Numbered from the stretch's first letter, positions 43,492 to 59,624 are shown. The stretch is 64,000 nt of DNA from Eledone cirrhosa (GCA_964016885.1 OZ024740.1:299398001-299462000), one strand, 5' to 3'. Translations and numbers: made by a program. Notes: a model not told the origin generated them from the letters alone.

Positions 43492-43495
<4 letters not shown>
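42165..43495. repeat. Array of a ~540-bp unit: one full and one partial copy in one orientation, then a full inverted, permuted copy
   Basis: 42165-42726 and 42727-42950 versus 42952-43495. Confidence 0.85.
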
Positions 43496-43515
<20 letters not shown>

Positions 43516-43523
<8 letters not shown>

Positions 43524-44742
43524 ATACTTTGGGAGGGTCAGGTTGCCAATAAGAAACACACGCACCAGTTGCTTTCACTTCAATTTATTATAAATTAAAT
43601 TTATAAATTCAGGAATTTAAAAATTTCCGGTTGGTTGGTTGGTTCCACAAACAGACGATTGTTCATATATTGTCAAAGTTATTTCATCACACATTCTGTG
43701 ACCTCGTCAGTGACTAGGGATTCTTTTCTTTGTTTTTGTGCCTCTCCTTTGGTCTGTCCTACGCCATCTTATGTTTGTGTGTGTTGTGTGCCTAGTTTGC
43801 GCATGTGTTACATCCGGGTGTCTGTATGTGTTTATATTTGTTTATTTGTTTATTTACATGTTAGTGGTTGGTTGTTTGTTCTATGTGTGTGTGTATTTTC
43901 ATTTTGTCCTTAATTGTAAGTTGTGATGTTGCTGTTCCATTTATGTTTTCTATTTAATTTTGGTTGGAGTTCATTTATGTTTATTGCCAATGTGATTTTT
44001 TCTAAACATTGCGTCTTTTCTGTGTGTAGATTCTATTTTTATTACTATGTCCTTTAATTTACCCTTATGTTCTATTTTAACATGTTGGTAGAGTACAGAT
44101 GATTCTTTACTATCCTGAAGCTCTCGCCAGTGTTCATTTATCCGTTCTCCTATACTAGGAGCTGTCTCACCTGTGTACACTATATTCTTATCTCTACATT
44201 GTCCTTCAATACATCTTATGCTATATACTACATTTCAAGTTTTACAGTTAATATGGGGGCTTAGTTTACAGATTACACATTTCTTATCTATACAGGGAGG
44301 TCTTTGAAAAGGGTATGTATTGCTAATAAGTGTTTTTATGGAGATTCCTAGTCTTTCTACTATCTTAATATTGAGTTTATGTTTATCTAGGGCCCTTCTG
44401 AATTTGTAAGCTAATTCACCTCTAGGGGTTGTATTGATGAACATTACACTCTGGTAGTTATTGCTATCATAACATGATAATCCCCAGTCACTGAAGAGGT
44501 CACTGAATGTGTGACGAAAGAACTTTGACAATATATGAACAATCGTCTGGTTGTGGAACCAACCAACCAACCGGAAATTTACAAATTCCTAAATTTATAA
44601 ATTTAATTTATAATAAATTGAAGTGAAAGCAACTGGTGCGTGTGTTTCTTATTGGCAACATGACCCTCCCAAAGTATAACAATATCGGTTTATACACACG
44701 TTTTCAGATAAAGAATCTTGCTAAACAAATTAAGAAACTAAA
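43516..44742 (-). mobile_element. 5'-truncated PLE (GIY-YIG end) between inverted pLTRs, each with a hammerhead
   Basis: CIDKKCVIC..YTGETA; pLTRs 43516-43720 / 44481-44685; tail 44686-44742; related to the 10.5-12.8 kb PLE. Confidence 0.9.
44487..44529 (+). ncRNA. Minimal type I hammerhead ribozyme
   Basis: GTCA-CTGAAGA-G-GTCAC..GTGAC-GAAA-GAAC-TT-TGAC; mirror copy on minus 43672-43714. Confidence 0.85.
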
Positions 44743-45131
44743 TATATATAAATAAATATATATATATATATATACAAAGGGAAGTTCAGCAGGATCGAAG
44801 CTCAGGCTGCAGCCATGCTAACGAATGCAATCAGAATATGCAGCTAAGCACTCAATATGGTATTTTTAGCTTAGAGTAATAACATTACGTTTAGACAGCT
44901 CGACAAATTGAAGACTGCGACCGGTGAGTCAGCCGCAAGGATCGGTGCAACGAGAAAACCAACTGAGGATAATTAGACAATATATATATATATACAACAA
45001 AAATGTATTTGTCATAGGTATATATACGTATATATACGTATATATATACGTATATATATATACGTATATATACGTATATTATATATGTATATATATATAT
45101 ATACATATATATATATGAGTATGTATGTATG

Positions 45132-45267
<136 letters not shown>

Positions 45268-45597
45268 TATACGTACAGCTACATCAAATAGGTTTTTGTT
45301 GTTCTAAGCTTCACATGTGGGTAAATGCATAAATATACACCTGCAACTGTTGGAGCGAAATAAATTCGTCAGCAGACTAATTCAAAAGAATTATAGATTC
45401 GGTATTCGTTTATGCCAAGTAGTGCATCGAGTATATATATAACTTAGTCATTGCAAGTTATTGTCTCCATGCTTACATTAGATGTTCATAAACACAGGCT
45501 CAGCCCCACCATATATATATATATATATATGCATGAAAAAATATGTATATGAAATTATATATATATATGAAAAAAAATGAATATATATATATATGAG

Positions 45598-46400
<803 letters not shown>

Positions 46401-46480
46401 TATATACATATATATATAGATATATATGTATATGTATATGTATATTGAGAGATATATATGTATATATGTATATATATATG

Positions 46481-46517
<37 letters not shown>

Positions 46518-46524
46518 GTATGTA

Positions 46525-46569
<45 letters not shown>

Positions 46570-46710
46570 TATATATATATAATATATGTATATAATATAA
46601 TATATATATATATAATAAAATATATATATATATATATATATAATAAAATAAATATATATATACATATATATATAGATATATATGTATATGTATATATATA
46701 GAGAGAGATA

Positions 46711-46804
<94 letters not shown>

Positions 46805-46878
46805 GATATAGATATATATGTATATGTATATGTATATAGATATATATGTATATGTATATATATAGATATATATGTATA

Positions 46879-46946
<68 letters not shown>

Positions 46947-46976
46947 CATACATAAATAATTATATATATATATATG

Positions 46977-47027
<51 letters not shown>

Positions 47028-47506
47028 TATATATATGCATACATGCATATTTACATATATGATACAAAAATATAAGGCATATCTAGAAGCTGTGTTTTAT
47101 ATGAGATAAGTGAATTAATAAAGCCATATAGTACATTTTATTCAATACATTGTCTATAGGCAATTTATTATGGATAACGAGTGAAATAAATTGTCGAATA
47201 CATACCTGTACAGTATGGTTTTATTAACTCGTTTATCATACATACATGTATATATATATATGTATATTACAGAGAAACGGAGACAAGGTGAGAGAGCGGG
47301 AGAAAGATATATATATATATGCGTGTGTGTGTGTGTATATATATATATATGTATATATACAGAGAGAGAGAGAGAGAGAGCGGGAGTGACAGAAAGTAAG
47401 AGAGAGAGAGAGACAGAGTGAGAGAGTAAGAGAATGTAGATATCTTAGCCTTTAATTAACGAGTCACAAAGAATGGAATGTTACCATTTAACTCGTCCAA
47501 AATATA

Positions 47507-47722
47507 GTGGTTTCTTATATAGGCACAAGGCCAGCAATTTTGGGGGAGGGGAAAGTCAATTAAATCGACCCAGTGCGTGACTGTTACTTTATTTTATCGA
47601 CCCCGTAAGGATGAAAGGCAAAGTTAACCTCGGCGGCATTTGAACTCAGATCATAAAGAGCCGTAACTCTATGCTGCAAAGTATGGCGTCCGACCCTCTA
47701 CCGATACTGCCAATCCACCACC
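47507..47722 (-). mobile_element. Nin/Deu-like SINE, long variant
   Basis: Family match. Confidence 0.88.
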
Positions 47723-48239
47723 CTATAACTCGTTCAAAATATAGTCTACTACAATATTTGAAACTAATATTCAGTTTTCAATTCAGATACTTATAATATT
47801 GAAAGTATAATTCACTTTGTTGTCATCCAATATCATGACTCCCTACTTGTTTAGACTTTGAAAAAACACACACATACACATATACACATCACACTCACAC
47901 GCGTATACACATATACATACACATACACACATACACACATTCACAGGGATACACATACAGACATGCATACACACATACGCAAACACACATATATATAAAT
48001 AACAAATCCACCTCACTCATAAATGACCAAACGTTGGCACATATAATTCAACTTAGGTTCTGCCTTAGTCTAATATTTTACTTATCGATGCCGAAACGAC
48101 GGAACAAAGCCGCAAAACATGTTAATCCGACACTCTACTAAGTCTGTCAATTTGCCGTGACCCCACTTCTCTTCTCACGCACTCAGACATACATGCACTC
48201 ATAGATGCTCACACAGATAAGTTAAATATTTTCATCACG

Positions 48240-48760
48240 CACCTGCAATCATCTCCGTCTGTGCCGCTTCCATCTAAATTCTGTATGTTTCCCTATCTAT
48301 CGACAACCCTCACCGCACCCTTTCAACCACCATCTTCGAAAACCCTATCTGGACTTCACCACTTCCTACCCATCCAGGTCAATCACTCCATATTCCAGGT
48401 CAATCAACTCCATATTCTATTCTCAAGTTAACCGTCTCTGCTGACTCTACAGCCAAGACCAGATTTCAGCCTCGGTCTCAACACATGGCCACTCGCTCTA
48501 CCTGGCGCAGACACAACCATCCCGTTCTAAACAGCCTTCACCCATTCCTATAAAGCTGACTGCAGCTCAATATACTCCGTAAATGTCCCCTAACTTACCT
48601 TATCTTTCAATGCCTCTTATTACTCCTCTCTGATCCTGTTACATCTCGTTTCTCTCCCAAACCACGCACCACCGCCTTTAAGCGTACTCGTAAACCCCGT
48701 GACCTCCTTGCTTATTATTTCCTCGTACCAAATCTAGGACTGCAAATAGCTCCCTCTGTC
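48240..48760 (-). mobile_element. Very decayed LINE 3' fragment, probably RTE
   Basis: Weak hand-translated remnants of the RT C-terminal region. Confidence 0.35.
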
Positions 48761-50467
48761 ATACCTGTCTATTCCTTGTCAACCATACCATCATCAAACG
48801 TTCGAATCGTCATGACTGCCACAATAATCACTGCAAGATCTGTACCTCTACTAACATCTGCCATTTGCCATTTAGTCTGTTGGTCCATATCGTTTAAAGA
48901 GGTCACCGTTTGGTGGACCTGGGGGACATATGACTTGGCAACGGTATCCCTGTGGTCATCATTCCCGTTCCTCCAATTACTCCACCTAACACCTTTCTGT
49001 GGGTTTTCACCACTATATGACACACCTATGCCCTTCAGCCTTCGGAGTTTGGCGGCGAGTGACCCGTGTTATTGTGAGAAGTGGAAACATGTATGCATAT
49101 GTCACTGTCAATCTCCTTCCGTGTGCCATAATGTATGCACCACAACCTTCACACCCAAACAGTTTTGTACAAACAAACACGTAAATACACGTACATACAC
49201 AACATCTTCTACCTACATTGATATTTATTTCGGCTTCGGATGCTTTTATCATTCAAGATGGCTGATTAACATCAAGACGTGCTTTCTTCGTTAATTGTTT
49301 ACTCTTGAGTATCTTTCTTTTTCTTCTCCTTTCCAAACATTCTCCATTCTCTCTCATTCTAATTTCCGGAGAAGGTCTAGCGTCCGAAGTGTTAAGTTTC
49401 TTTCCCAAATATATCAAGTGCTAAACTAATATACCAACACTGCATTGTATTAAACTCCTGTGTTGCTTCTAGTTGAGCTTTCGTATATATATAATAAAAA
49501 TATTCATGCAGCACAAATTGCATATTAGAAGATTAAGTTGCATTTAACAACAGTTTTCGAATTGAAGGCCTCTCTTTGAAAAGACGGAAATCTAAACAGA
49601 CTTTCCACTATTTTAGCTATATACAGAGCAACATAATCTTTATGTGTTTCAGAAATTGTCTTTATAAAGAATGATTTGATAGCATTGCTACATATGACAA
49701 GCATAGCTATAATAGTCAGCTTAATTTTCATGCCTAGCATTATCTGGCAATGTGATTAATTAAATAATAAATATTTATACAGAACCAAGCGTATTTAAGA
49801 TAAATTTAATGAAGATTTATTTACAGTTTCTAAATTAGAAACTCCACAATGATGGTACACACAAAATGTATGCTATTCTCTACATACACAGAAAAAATAG
49901 AACATTATTTGTTACCTGTTTCATAGATTATTGTCCCCTCATCTTAAGATAACCACCATTATGTTTCTGCATACAAAGTGATCTTTATAACAATTTCATG
50001 TATGTCAAGTATGGTATAGATGATAGCTGAAATGATATGTCTAATTGGCATATTGTACATTCGTTTAGGGTTGTAATTAATTAAATAAAAAATATTTATG
50101 TAGAATAGAGAGAAAATAGAAGAAAGGGTGCTTAACCTTTACCCATTTAAAAATGAAGTCTCAAATTCAAAGACTGTATCATAAACGGTACAATATAAGC
50201 TGTGTTCTGCATAAATATTTATTATTTAATGAAATTTGCTGTGAGACGAATGCATCTCATGCAATTTCGAAGGATCAGCACATTTATCTTCTACATCGAG
50301 CTTTACCTAAATAGTGACTACTACTACTAGGAGAATCTGCCTAGTTTTCCTGTTTTTTCCAGGAACCATAGAACCATATTTATACTTATATATATATATA
50401 TTTATTAAAATAACAGATTAAAGTTTAAGCAAGGAATCAATGCTTCACTCTTTATTATTATAATAAA

Positions 50468-50730
50468 AGTCAGCTCAAAAGTGACACAGAGGAGACTGAG
50501 GTTAGCTGGACATGCTCACCGACATCCAGAGTTGACATTGCACTCAGTACTCCTTTGGGAGCCCCTACATGGACACACTAGAAGAGGAAGACCAAGGTTA
50601 ACGTATGTTGATGCCCTAAGGACAGACACTGGTCTGTTGGAGATGCAGGACATGGCAGCGATAATGAGGGACAGAGACCGCTGGAGAGAACTCGTCCATG
50701 GATCTCGGGAATTTTACCCGCCTTAGATAG
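50468..50730 (+). mobile_element. RTE(-X)-like 3' fragment, same family as 38075-38938
   Basis: [24 protein letters not shown]. Confidence 0.88.
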
Positions 50731-50743
50731 ATATATATATATA

Positions 50744-50914
50744 TATATTTATTAAAATAACAGATTAAAGTTTAAGCAAAGAATCGCTGCTTCCCCCTTA
50801 ACGGGATCTTCTCTGTTATTTTAATAAATATCTGCTCTAAGGTTCTTATATATTTGATATATATTTATTCTTATCGAGCCCTCTTTGGATTTTAGTCTTC
50901 AAATGTATTATTAT

Positions 50915-50918
<4 letters not shown>
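50744..50918. repeat. Asymmetric mini hairpin of the 45.7-kb family (arms 50744-50764 / 50812-50831, tail on right)
   Basis: Tail is the reverse complement of 45700-45783. Confidence 0.8.
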
Positions 50919-50965
<47 letters not shown>

Positions 50966-50984
50966 TACACACACACGTGTATAA

Positions 50985-51029
<45 letters not shown>

Positions 51030-51421
51030 TCTATGTACACATTTTCTTTTTCACCTATCTCTCACAGTCGGCTAAAAACTAACCAATGCAATTACGGTAG
51101 GCTGTAATATACGGCATTTGTCTATATTACAAATTCAAAGTGCACAGTAGTCGTCTTAATTAACGTCTAGGGAATAAAACATTGAAAGTATTGGAGAGAA
51201 GCTTTAGATTTGATTAAATAAATAAACTGTAGAACAGGTACGAATGTTTCCTTGTTTCTCTGATTGGATTTGCAATAGTTATTTCTCCCAATTGTCTACA
51301 CGCACACACGCACACACACACACATACGCACACACACACACATACACACACACTCTTACACACACACAGATGCAGTTTATAAATTTGTTAAACAAAATTT
51401 TATAAACAGGTAATTTATATA

Positions 51422-51468
<47 letters not shown>

Positions 51469-51585
51469 GAAAGTGTAGTAATGAACCAGATGGACCATAA
51501 CGCACCAGAGTACTCAATACGAATTTTGCTCCAGAAATAGCCGTCGAAACGGCTTGAGCTCTGCTGTCGGGGTTAAACACTTTCT

Positions 51586-51663
<78 letters not shown>

Positions 51664-51974
51664 AGAATAAACTGGCTGTGTAGTTGCTGGATAAGGTGTA
51701 CTTATAAAAAGAGGAAAGCAAGAACGGGAGAAAACTTTCCTTTATCAGTTGTCCACTGGAGGTCTTGGACATTTCAACGCATTAAAGACAATATGTCTCA
51801 CCCCAGGGCGTGAATAACTGAAAGAAGTTATTGGGAAAAAAGGGAAAGAGAGAGGGAGAAAAATAGTAACAGAAAGGATGAGGGAAGAAAAAGAAAAAAA
51901 AACAGCCAAAAAAATGGGAAGCAACAAACCGAAGAGGGTAACCCGAAGCACATGTGTGTGAGCAACTGGAAGTG

Positions 51975-52188
51975 ATTTCTAGTATAGGCGCAAAGCCAGT
52001 AATTTGGGTGAGGGGAAAGTCAATTAAATCGGCCCCAGTACGTTACTGGTGCTTTATTTTATCGACCCCGTAAGGATGAGAGACAAAGTTAACCTCGGTG
52101 GGACTTGAACTCGGACCGTAAAGAGGCGTAACTCTATGCTGCAAACCATGGCGTCCGACTCTCTACCAATAATGTCAATCCACCACCA
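51975..52188 (-). mobile_element. Nin/Deu-like SINE, long variant
   Basis: Family match. Confidence 0.85.
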
Positions 52189-54149
52189 TTATATTATATC
52201 AAATAATAAATTTAAATATGTAACTGCCACCTAATTTAACGATGATTGAATATATCTCTGACCCAAATTTACTCATCAACTGGTCAGTATTAGTAGACTC
52301 ATTCGATTATTTATCTTTGACGGTACAAACGTTTGAAATAAGGCGACCAACCTGGGGTTGTTAAATAGAAAACTCATCCCATCAATTACTTTAGAAAGCT
52401 GTCTTATGCATTGGCCCGTAACACCTTAGTGTGTCGTAGGGGAACTATAATTATATGCGGCATTTCTGGGCCATTTTTATATCTGGCACAGCCCACATCC
52501 TCTCCATGTCTGAATACAGGAGATTTCTTCCAAAGAAGGATAGAAGGTGAGGGAAAGGAAGTGAGAAAAATATACAGAGAAAGAATCCACCACAGTACTA
52601 CTAGACTGGTACATTTCTATCGACCTAGAATGACTGAAAGTCAAAGGTGACCTCGACTAGTTGCCTTACATCTATCTAAACAAGATAATTTGAATTTGGG
52701 AAAATGATTTTCGATATGCCGGATATCTTACGTGATCTATACTTTATAATGCATATTTAAAAAACAAAAATAATTGAGCTATAGCAATTTAATGTGGTGG
52801 GGGCTGATAAAAAACATTACATTTTTTTATTCCTTAGTTTTCAATTCATTTCTTTGCAAAAATCATATGAAAGAATTTGCTACTTGAAAGGCTTTGGATT
52901 TACATGGAACGGGCACAAAACTGTTACAAATAAAAACTAAAAATATGTAAATTTATAGTAGAAATTAAAACATTTAAACATAAATCAATCACTTTGGTTT
53001 TATAGTAGAGTTCTATATGTTGTGTTATTATTTTAGTATTTCCAACTCGATGACTACTGATTTCTCAATGACAATATGAGCCAGTGAATAAAATAATTCT
53101 TGAGCAATTGTTTATCTTAAGAACGACCGAATTTTGAGCAGATATTAAAAGCTTTCTCTGTTTGGAACAGGGTTTACACGACTGACCATGAAATTCTGAA
53201 TTAGTCTAACACTTGTAGACATAGTTGACAAGAAACACAATTTATGAAGGACTTCTAAAATGGCATTGTTTATATTTCACGCATTATATTCATTGTCCTT
53301 ATGTATATACCTAGAATTATTTACCAAGTATTCGCAATTAAACATGCACAATTTGCGCTGTAAAGAATCTAAATGTTAAATAGGGAATGTATAGGCAAGC
53401 ATCACACATTTAATTCCCTCAAGTACTTCAAAGTATAAAAACGCAATGTGAGCAGATCGATCCTTTAATGATGATAAAATGTGCTGAAATATTTTGAAAT
53501 ATGTCACTTTTGATTAATTCCTTTCCCGTTTTTGTTTTTCATTTGTGTCGAGTAAAGGACGGAAGCATATAGTCATTCAATATTCACTATTTTATCTGGG
53601 GGAATATTCTATAAAGTTCATTGTTACAATTATTGTTATTGTATTCAATAATATCATTACTTTTATCCTGGGCGTACTTCACGTCCATCTGCTTAAAAAA
53701 TTACTCAATTTACGCCAGTATGGTATGATTATCAGTTTCACATTATCTTCTAAATATTTTGATATACATTTTTCAAGTGTTCAGACAAATCTTTTATGGC
53801 TGGGAAAAACCCGGATATATAGCAGCATAATCTGTCGCATAATGATGAAATGCTGACATTAATTTTGTTACAGACACTTTTGCGCTCGAAGATATGAATT
53901 TGCTAAAGCAGTGTAAATACAAAAATATATTTTAGCTCCATTAAAGTTTCAGTACTTGTATCACATCAATGTTAAGCCTCTAGGTATAATACTGAATATA
54001 ATCGCCATATTTAAACATTTTCTCCTTAAAATATGTCTATGCTCTCATTTTGTTCATATGCCATCATAGTTGCTCCGACGTAGAGTTGGCTAACTGATTT
54101 AGTTGTTTGGTTATTTAAGCCGTTTCATCAGACAAAGATGATGCACTTT

Positions 54150-54355
54150 TGGCAGTATCAGTAGAGCGTAGGACAACATGGTTTGTGGCATATAGTTACA
54201 GCCTTTTACATTCAGAGTTCAAATGCCGCTGAGGTTAGCGATGCCTTTCATTCATACGGGGTCGATAAAATAAAGTACCCTTAATAAACTGGAGTCAATT
54301 TGATCGACTTTCTCCTCCCCCAAATTGTTGACCTTGTGCCTAAATCAGAAACCAT
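54150..54355 (+). mobile_element. Nin/Deu-like SINE, diverged
   Basis: tggcagtatcag..gttcaaatgc..ggggtcgataaaataaagtacc. Confidence 0.8.
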
Positions 54356-54654
54356 GATTTCTTAACAATCTAGAAATTTTATATTTTGCATTCCTTTACC
54401 TCGTCTAAAATAGCGAACGGATTACATATTGTAGAGTCAGTAGTTGTGTTTTCCTGCAATGCAATAAAGATAACTCTTTCAAACTCATTTCGTATTGCAT
54501 CAATAATTACGTTATGAATAGTTACAATGTCAATTATATTATACTTGGAACACATAAAACATGCTTTGATCTTTTTTTGATAAAGAGTCTTCATGCAAAG
54601 ACGCAAAGCAATCAAATAACTCACGATATCTACCATTATTAAGACTATCACTTA

Positions 54655-55035
54655 CTGAATTGGCAGTATCGGTAGAGGGTTGGACGCCATGCTTTCTAGC
54701 ATAGTTACGTCCCTTTACATTCTGAGTTCAAATCCCGCCGAGGTTAACTTTGCCTTTCCTCCTTACGGGGTCGATAAAATAAAGTACCAGTAATGCACTG
54801 GGTAATTGCTGGCCTTGTGCCTAACGTAGAAACAATTATTAAGACTATCACTGGCGGAATCGTTAGAGTTTGAGGCAAATGGTTTGCTCTGTTCGTACTG
54901 GCTCTTTGCGCTATGTGTTCAAATCCCACTGGGGTCAACTTCTGGATTCGATAAATTAATGTACTGGGGTCAATTTAATCGACTTTCATATTCCTCTAAG
55001 TAGCTGACCTCGTGCCAATATTAGAAAGAATTATT
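54655..55035 (+). mobile_element. Two tandem SINE copies (54655-54840 intact, 54853-55035 decayed)
   Basis: A/B boxes; first copy flanked by direct repeat attattaagactatcact. Confidence 0.85.
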
Positions 55036-55229
55036 AAGGCTAGCGTTGTTTACATCTTCTCAATGTCATTACAGTTCTTGTTTTCAAAGGAAAATACAAA
55101 TATTTACTTTTTCGAATACTGTCGATGCATTTCAAACTTCGCCCAGTCACTGATAGTAATTAGTATGTCACACACACACACACACGTGCGCGCGCGCGAT
55201 CGAGCACCTACATACATACACACACAGAC

Positions 55230-55263
<34 letters not shown>

Positions 55264-56675
55264 TTAAACTGTTTTTAAATTTATATATTTATATACGTCT
55301 CACATTTTAAATGAACGAGATCAGATAACAGATGAAGAGGGTGGTCCAAATATTAAACATTACAACAAATCTTTTAAGGGCTTTTCAGTTACGGCTCCTT
55401 TTGATCAGAAAATATATTTTGCGATCTTCCATTCATTGTGTAATTCTTCTCTTTGCAGCTAGCTGATTTTATCGAGTTAATATCTATGAAACAGCGTTAA
55501 CCTCACTAAGTTTTGTTCATATAATATGAACACCAAAATATATTTATGTTTATCTTTGTTAAACATTTCGTAATATTAATATTAAATTCCTTACATCCAG
55601 ATGTAGATATAAGGTTATTGAACGATGAATTAAACTAACTGTCATTTCTTGTCCATATTCTGCCAGGAAGCTCTACGTTTTCATTCCTATAATATTCGGG
55701 TGACGATTTATTGATTGGCAGAAATTGAGGACAATCTAAGGGAGTTGTTTCAAATATTTAAGTTGTTTAAGATCTTGATGTAAGTTTCTAAAGCTTTTCT
55801 GAATTGGCCTCGGATTTGTGTATTTTAATTGTTTAATATCAATAATCCATGAATTTATTAAAGTAATTCTAGAGAAGATATTTTCTATGTTGTGTAATAT
55901 ATAACGGCTAATACCACCGCTAATTGTTGCCTCCATCCATGTTACAACGTAAGGAGTGTTAGAGTGTTGTTATTGATCCATATAAATTGTAATTGTCGAC
56001 GAAAATGTGACAGTCATGCAAAGTTATTTGTTTCAGGATCTGTTAAATGATTGCAGGATCTGGCGAAATCCTTGCATCGAATAAGTGAACATTTGAGTAG
56101 ATGGCGTAAAACAGTGGATGAATATCAGAGTATTATTTGAAAGAAACAAGAGAGATACTTTTTTCATATTCAGAAACAATTTTATATTTTGTTTTAGCTT
56201 AATGTGGTTTTAGGAAGTGGTTCATGCTTGTTACGTATATTTAGATGAGTAGTGAGTTCAAATATTTTATGTTTTATATAATTAAGTGTATTCCAGTCTG
56301 GCTTTCTATAATCGTTAATAATAGAGTTAGTGATGAATCAATAACAGGTAATCTCATCGAATTTGTTGCGGTTCTTCACCTTATCTGATTTAAAGTATAG
56401 TGTATCAGATTATCCAATAATGTGAAGTTTGACAACTAATTGTTTTTGGAAGTTGTTAGTAGCCTTTCTAAATGCAATACATTTATCCAACTAGTAGAGA
56501 TCTTCTTCAATATTTAGTTTTCAATAATATGTCAATGAACGGGAACTTATTAGACGTACTTGGTAGTAGGAGATATAGTCACATTTATTTAAAAAATGAT
56601 AGAAAATAAAATAGAGTATGCTGCTGTATATCCTTTAAATATATTTCTCAGTGTTTTGCAATAATGATAATAATA

Positions 56676-57010
56676 AAGGTTTCTACTTTTAGGCTCAAAG
56701 CCAACAATTTAAAGAGGAGAAGAAAGCCGATTAACTCAACCCCAGTGGGTTACTGGTGCTTTATTTCATCGATCCCGTAAGGGTGAAAGGCAAAGCTAAT
56801 CTCGGATGGATTTGAACTCAGAATAATAAAATGTGATATCTGAAGGTGGTTACAATACCAGTGATTGTCGGCGCACTTGGATTGATAGAAAAATGAGCAG
56901 AAAATTATTTGAGAATGATCCCTGTCTTACCATCACAGCAAGAAGGCGCTAAAATTAATTTAACTGGGACAGCACACGCATTGAGAAGAGCAATATCGCT
57001 GTGAGACTGA
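56676..57010. mobile_element. SINE fragment (minus, to ~56824) followed by an R4/Dong 3' tip (plus)
   Basis: SINE core; IPVIVGALG..GTAHALR. Confidence 0.75.
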
Positions 57011-57679
57011 TGATCATATATATACTTTTTTTTTACATAATTTTGTTTGATTATATTGCATAATTATATAAGTTGTATATAATCGAGGACACTTATATTC
57101 TTTTGTAAATATAATTTTAAACAGATAATATTCACATGTAGAAAGCAAATGATATAGTTGTAACTGTAAATTGTGTGACGTGAACAATCTGGTATGTTTA
57201 TTTTTGTGGCCTATCAATGTATGCAGCAATGTATGCAGCGATCTTCTCTCCATACATTTTCATTTTGATAACAATTCTTATAGCGACCTGCCTGTTATCG
57301 TGTGTATTTAATTTTTGTATGTATATATGTATGTGCATATATGTGAACGTATGTGATTTTATATATTTATGTATATGTAGGAAGTTTCTAGAAACCCCAA
57401 TATCAATCCGCACTCCATCTCTCTCCTTATCTCTACACCTGTTTCCTCAATCTTATATGAAGCTCCTAAATCAAGTACGCACATTTTTCATCTTCTGTTC
57501 CCCTTTTAGTCTTTAATTCAGTTTGATAACAGGTCCTATAGTGACATCCCTGTTATCCTGTGTGTAAATGTGTGTATGTATATATGCATATATATGTACG
57601 CACGTGCATTTATCTATTTATATGTAGGAACTTTCTAGAAGCTCACTATCTATCTTATCTCAAACTCCTACCTCCAACT

Positions 57680-59050
57680 AGTCCGAGATGTGAAAACATG
57701 AGATGGCAAATGTTCTGCATTGGAAACGTGGTGAAAAATTGGTGTTAGAGAGAGGTAAGACATGGTATGATCACAAACAACAGAGAATGACTGCGAAATC
57801 CTAGGGGATTTCCCAATTGAAACGGACGAAGTGCTTGAGCACAATAAATAAGATTTACTTATAGTGGATATAGTAAATCATGTGTGTGTTGTAACTTACT
57901 TTACATGTATACTTTACGTATATTTAAGAAGGGGTGGGGTGAGAAGTTAGACGTGGACAATCCTCTAAAATGTCAGATAGCCCAACTGTGGAAAAGGAAA
58001 GAGGAGAAGATAGTGCCGATTATTATTGAGACCACAGGGACAGAAACAATAGATATTGAGAGGAGCATAATGAAAATGAGAATAAAGTGTCCAGTAGAGC
58101 TATTGTAAAATGTTATAAGAGAACAACGAGCCGGTGGCAAGTCTGCTACTCTTGCAAGAATCCAGGAGTTACGAAAAGACCGAGATAAATAAAAAAAACA
58201 ATAATAATAATCATTATTAACTTCGGAATTCTGGGCTCAAGGCAGAGAGTAAGGGCTTCATTTTAGCTGCAAAAGACCAGTGTCTTTCACTGCGCAACTT
58301 TCAAGACAATATGGTCAGAAATAGAACTGATACAAAGTGTCGATTTTGTGATGAGCATGCTGAGATCATTGACCATATGGTTTCAGACTGCAAAGTATTA
58401 GTTCCCCATGAACATGAAACGAGTCATGATAGAGTGGGTAATGTTCAGTTTCTATAGTCTGAAAACGTTGGGAGGAGGGGGGTGGGGGTGAAATCACCAC
58501 CCAGTAACCGTAATACGAGGCGGGAACATGAAATCCTATGGGATTTACCTCTGAACATTGACCGAACAATCAAAGCCAACGGAGCTGATATAAACGTGAA
58601 GAACCATAAAAAGAAAACATGTTTCTTAATTGACATGAGCATTCCATCAGATCGTAACATCTCCTCTAAAGAGTTCGGAAAGCTCAGTCAGGATAAAGAA
58701 CTATCAATTAAAATTGAGAAAATGAGGCACATTAAGGCCTGTACATTACCAGTGATAGTCGGCGCACTTGGAATGATAAAACATAGATTTGAAAAATAAT
58801 TGGACCAGATAGCTGGTAAGCCATCACTGCTGGAGATACAGAAAACAGGGCTGACTGGCATTGGGCAAGTTCTGCGAAGGACAATTTAAAGATAGTTTTA
58901 CTGTTGTTTATGTCCTTGAGGTATTATTTGTATGACTATTGATTATAAAATGTGTTTTATTAAATTTTGCCTCAAGTGTCAGATTGACACTTGGTATGAT
59001 TTGGAAAAGAAACAGAATTCAAAGGAACTTTCAAATAATAATAATAATAA
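57680..59050 (+). mobile_element. Two decayed R4/Dong RLE fragments (~57680-58210, ~58225-59050), each ending in (TAA)n
   Basis: DFPIETD, CRFCDEHAEIIDH..C, LIDMSIPSD, LPVIVGALG. Confidence 0.8.
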
Positions 59051-59051
59051 T

Positions 59052-59168
59052 AATTGTTTCTACTTTAGGCACAAGGCCAGCAATTACCCAGTACATTACT
59101 GGTACTTTATTTTTTATCGACCCCGTAAGGATGAAAGGCAAAGTCAACCTCGGCGGGATTTGAACTCA
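59052..59168 (-). mobile_element. SINE 3' half
   Basis: Family match. Confidence 0.85.
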
Positions 59169-59261
59169 ACAACAACAACAACAACAACAACAAAACAACA
59201 ACAATAATAATAAAATAACAACAGCAACAACAACAACAACAACAACAATAATAATACTAAT

Positions 59262-59578
59262 AAGAGTGCAAGAAAAGGATTGGAGAAAAATAATCATGCC
59301 AGGATTTAAAGTGGGAGTTAAAACGGATTTGGGACTGTCTTGAGATCAAGGCCGTCCCGAGTGTCATAGGAGCACTAAGTACCATCTTAAAGAGTTTTCA
59401 AGGATGGTTACAGAACATTAGTCCAGCCCCTTTTTTTGGAACACTTCAAAAGGCATGCTTTATGGGAACAGCAAGAACTCTCCGATACGTCCTGAATATC
59501 TGAGGCTGCATGTAGCGGCTTGATATTCATTTGAACAAACTTTCCAGTTAAATAATATCAATGACTGATACTCAAAAG

Positions 59579-59624
<46 letters not shown>
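59262..59624 (+). mobile_element. 3' fragment of the same Dong family as 1-3112
   Basis: Close match to ~2763-3090, near-identical over the 3' UTR; (TAA)n tail. Confidence 0.9.

Noticed and set aside
55600-56620. Possible decayed coding region (66-aa ORF with GGIS)
   Set aside because: No recognisable domain or convincing splice context
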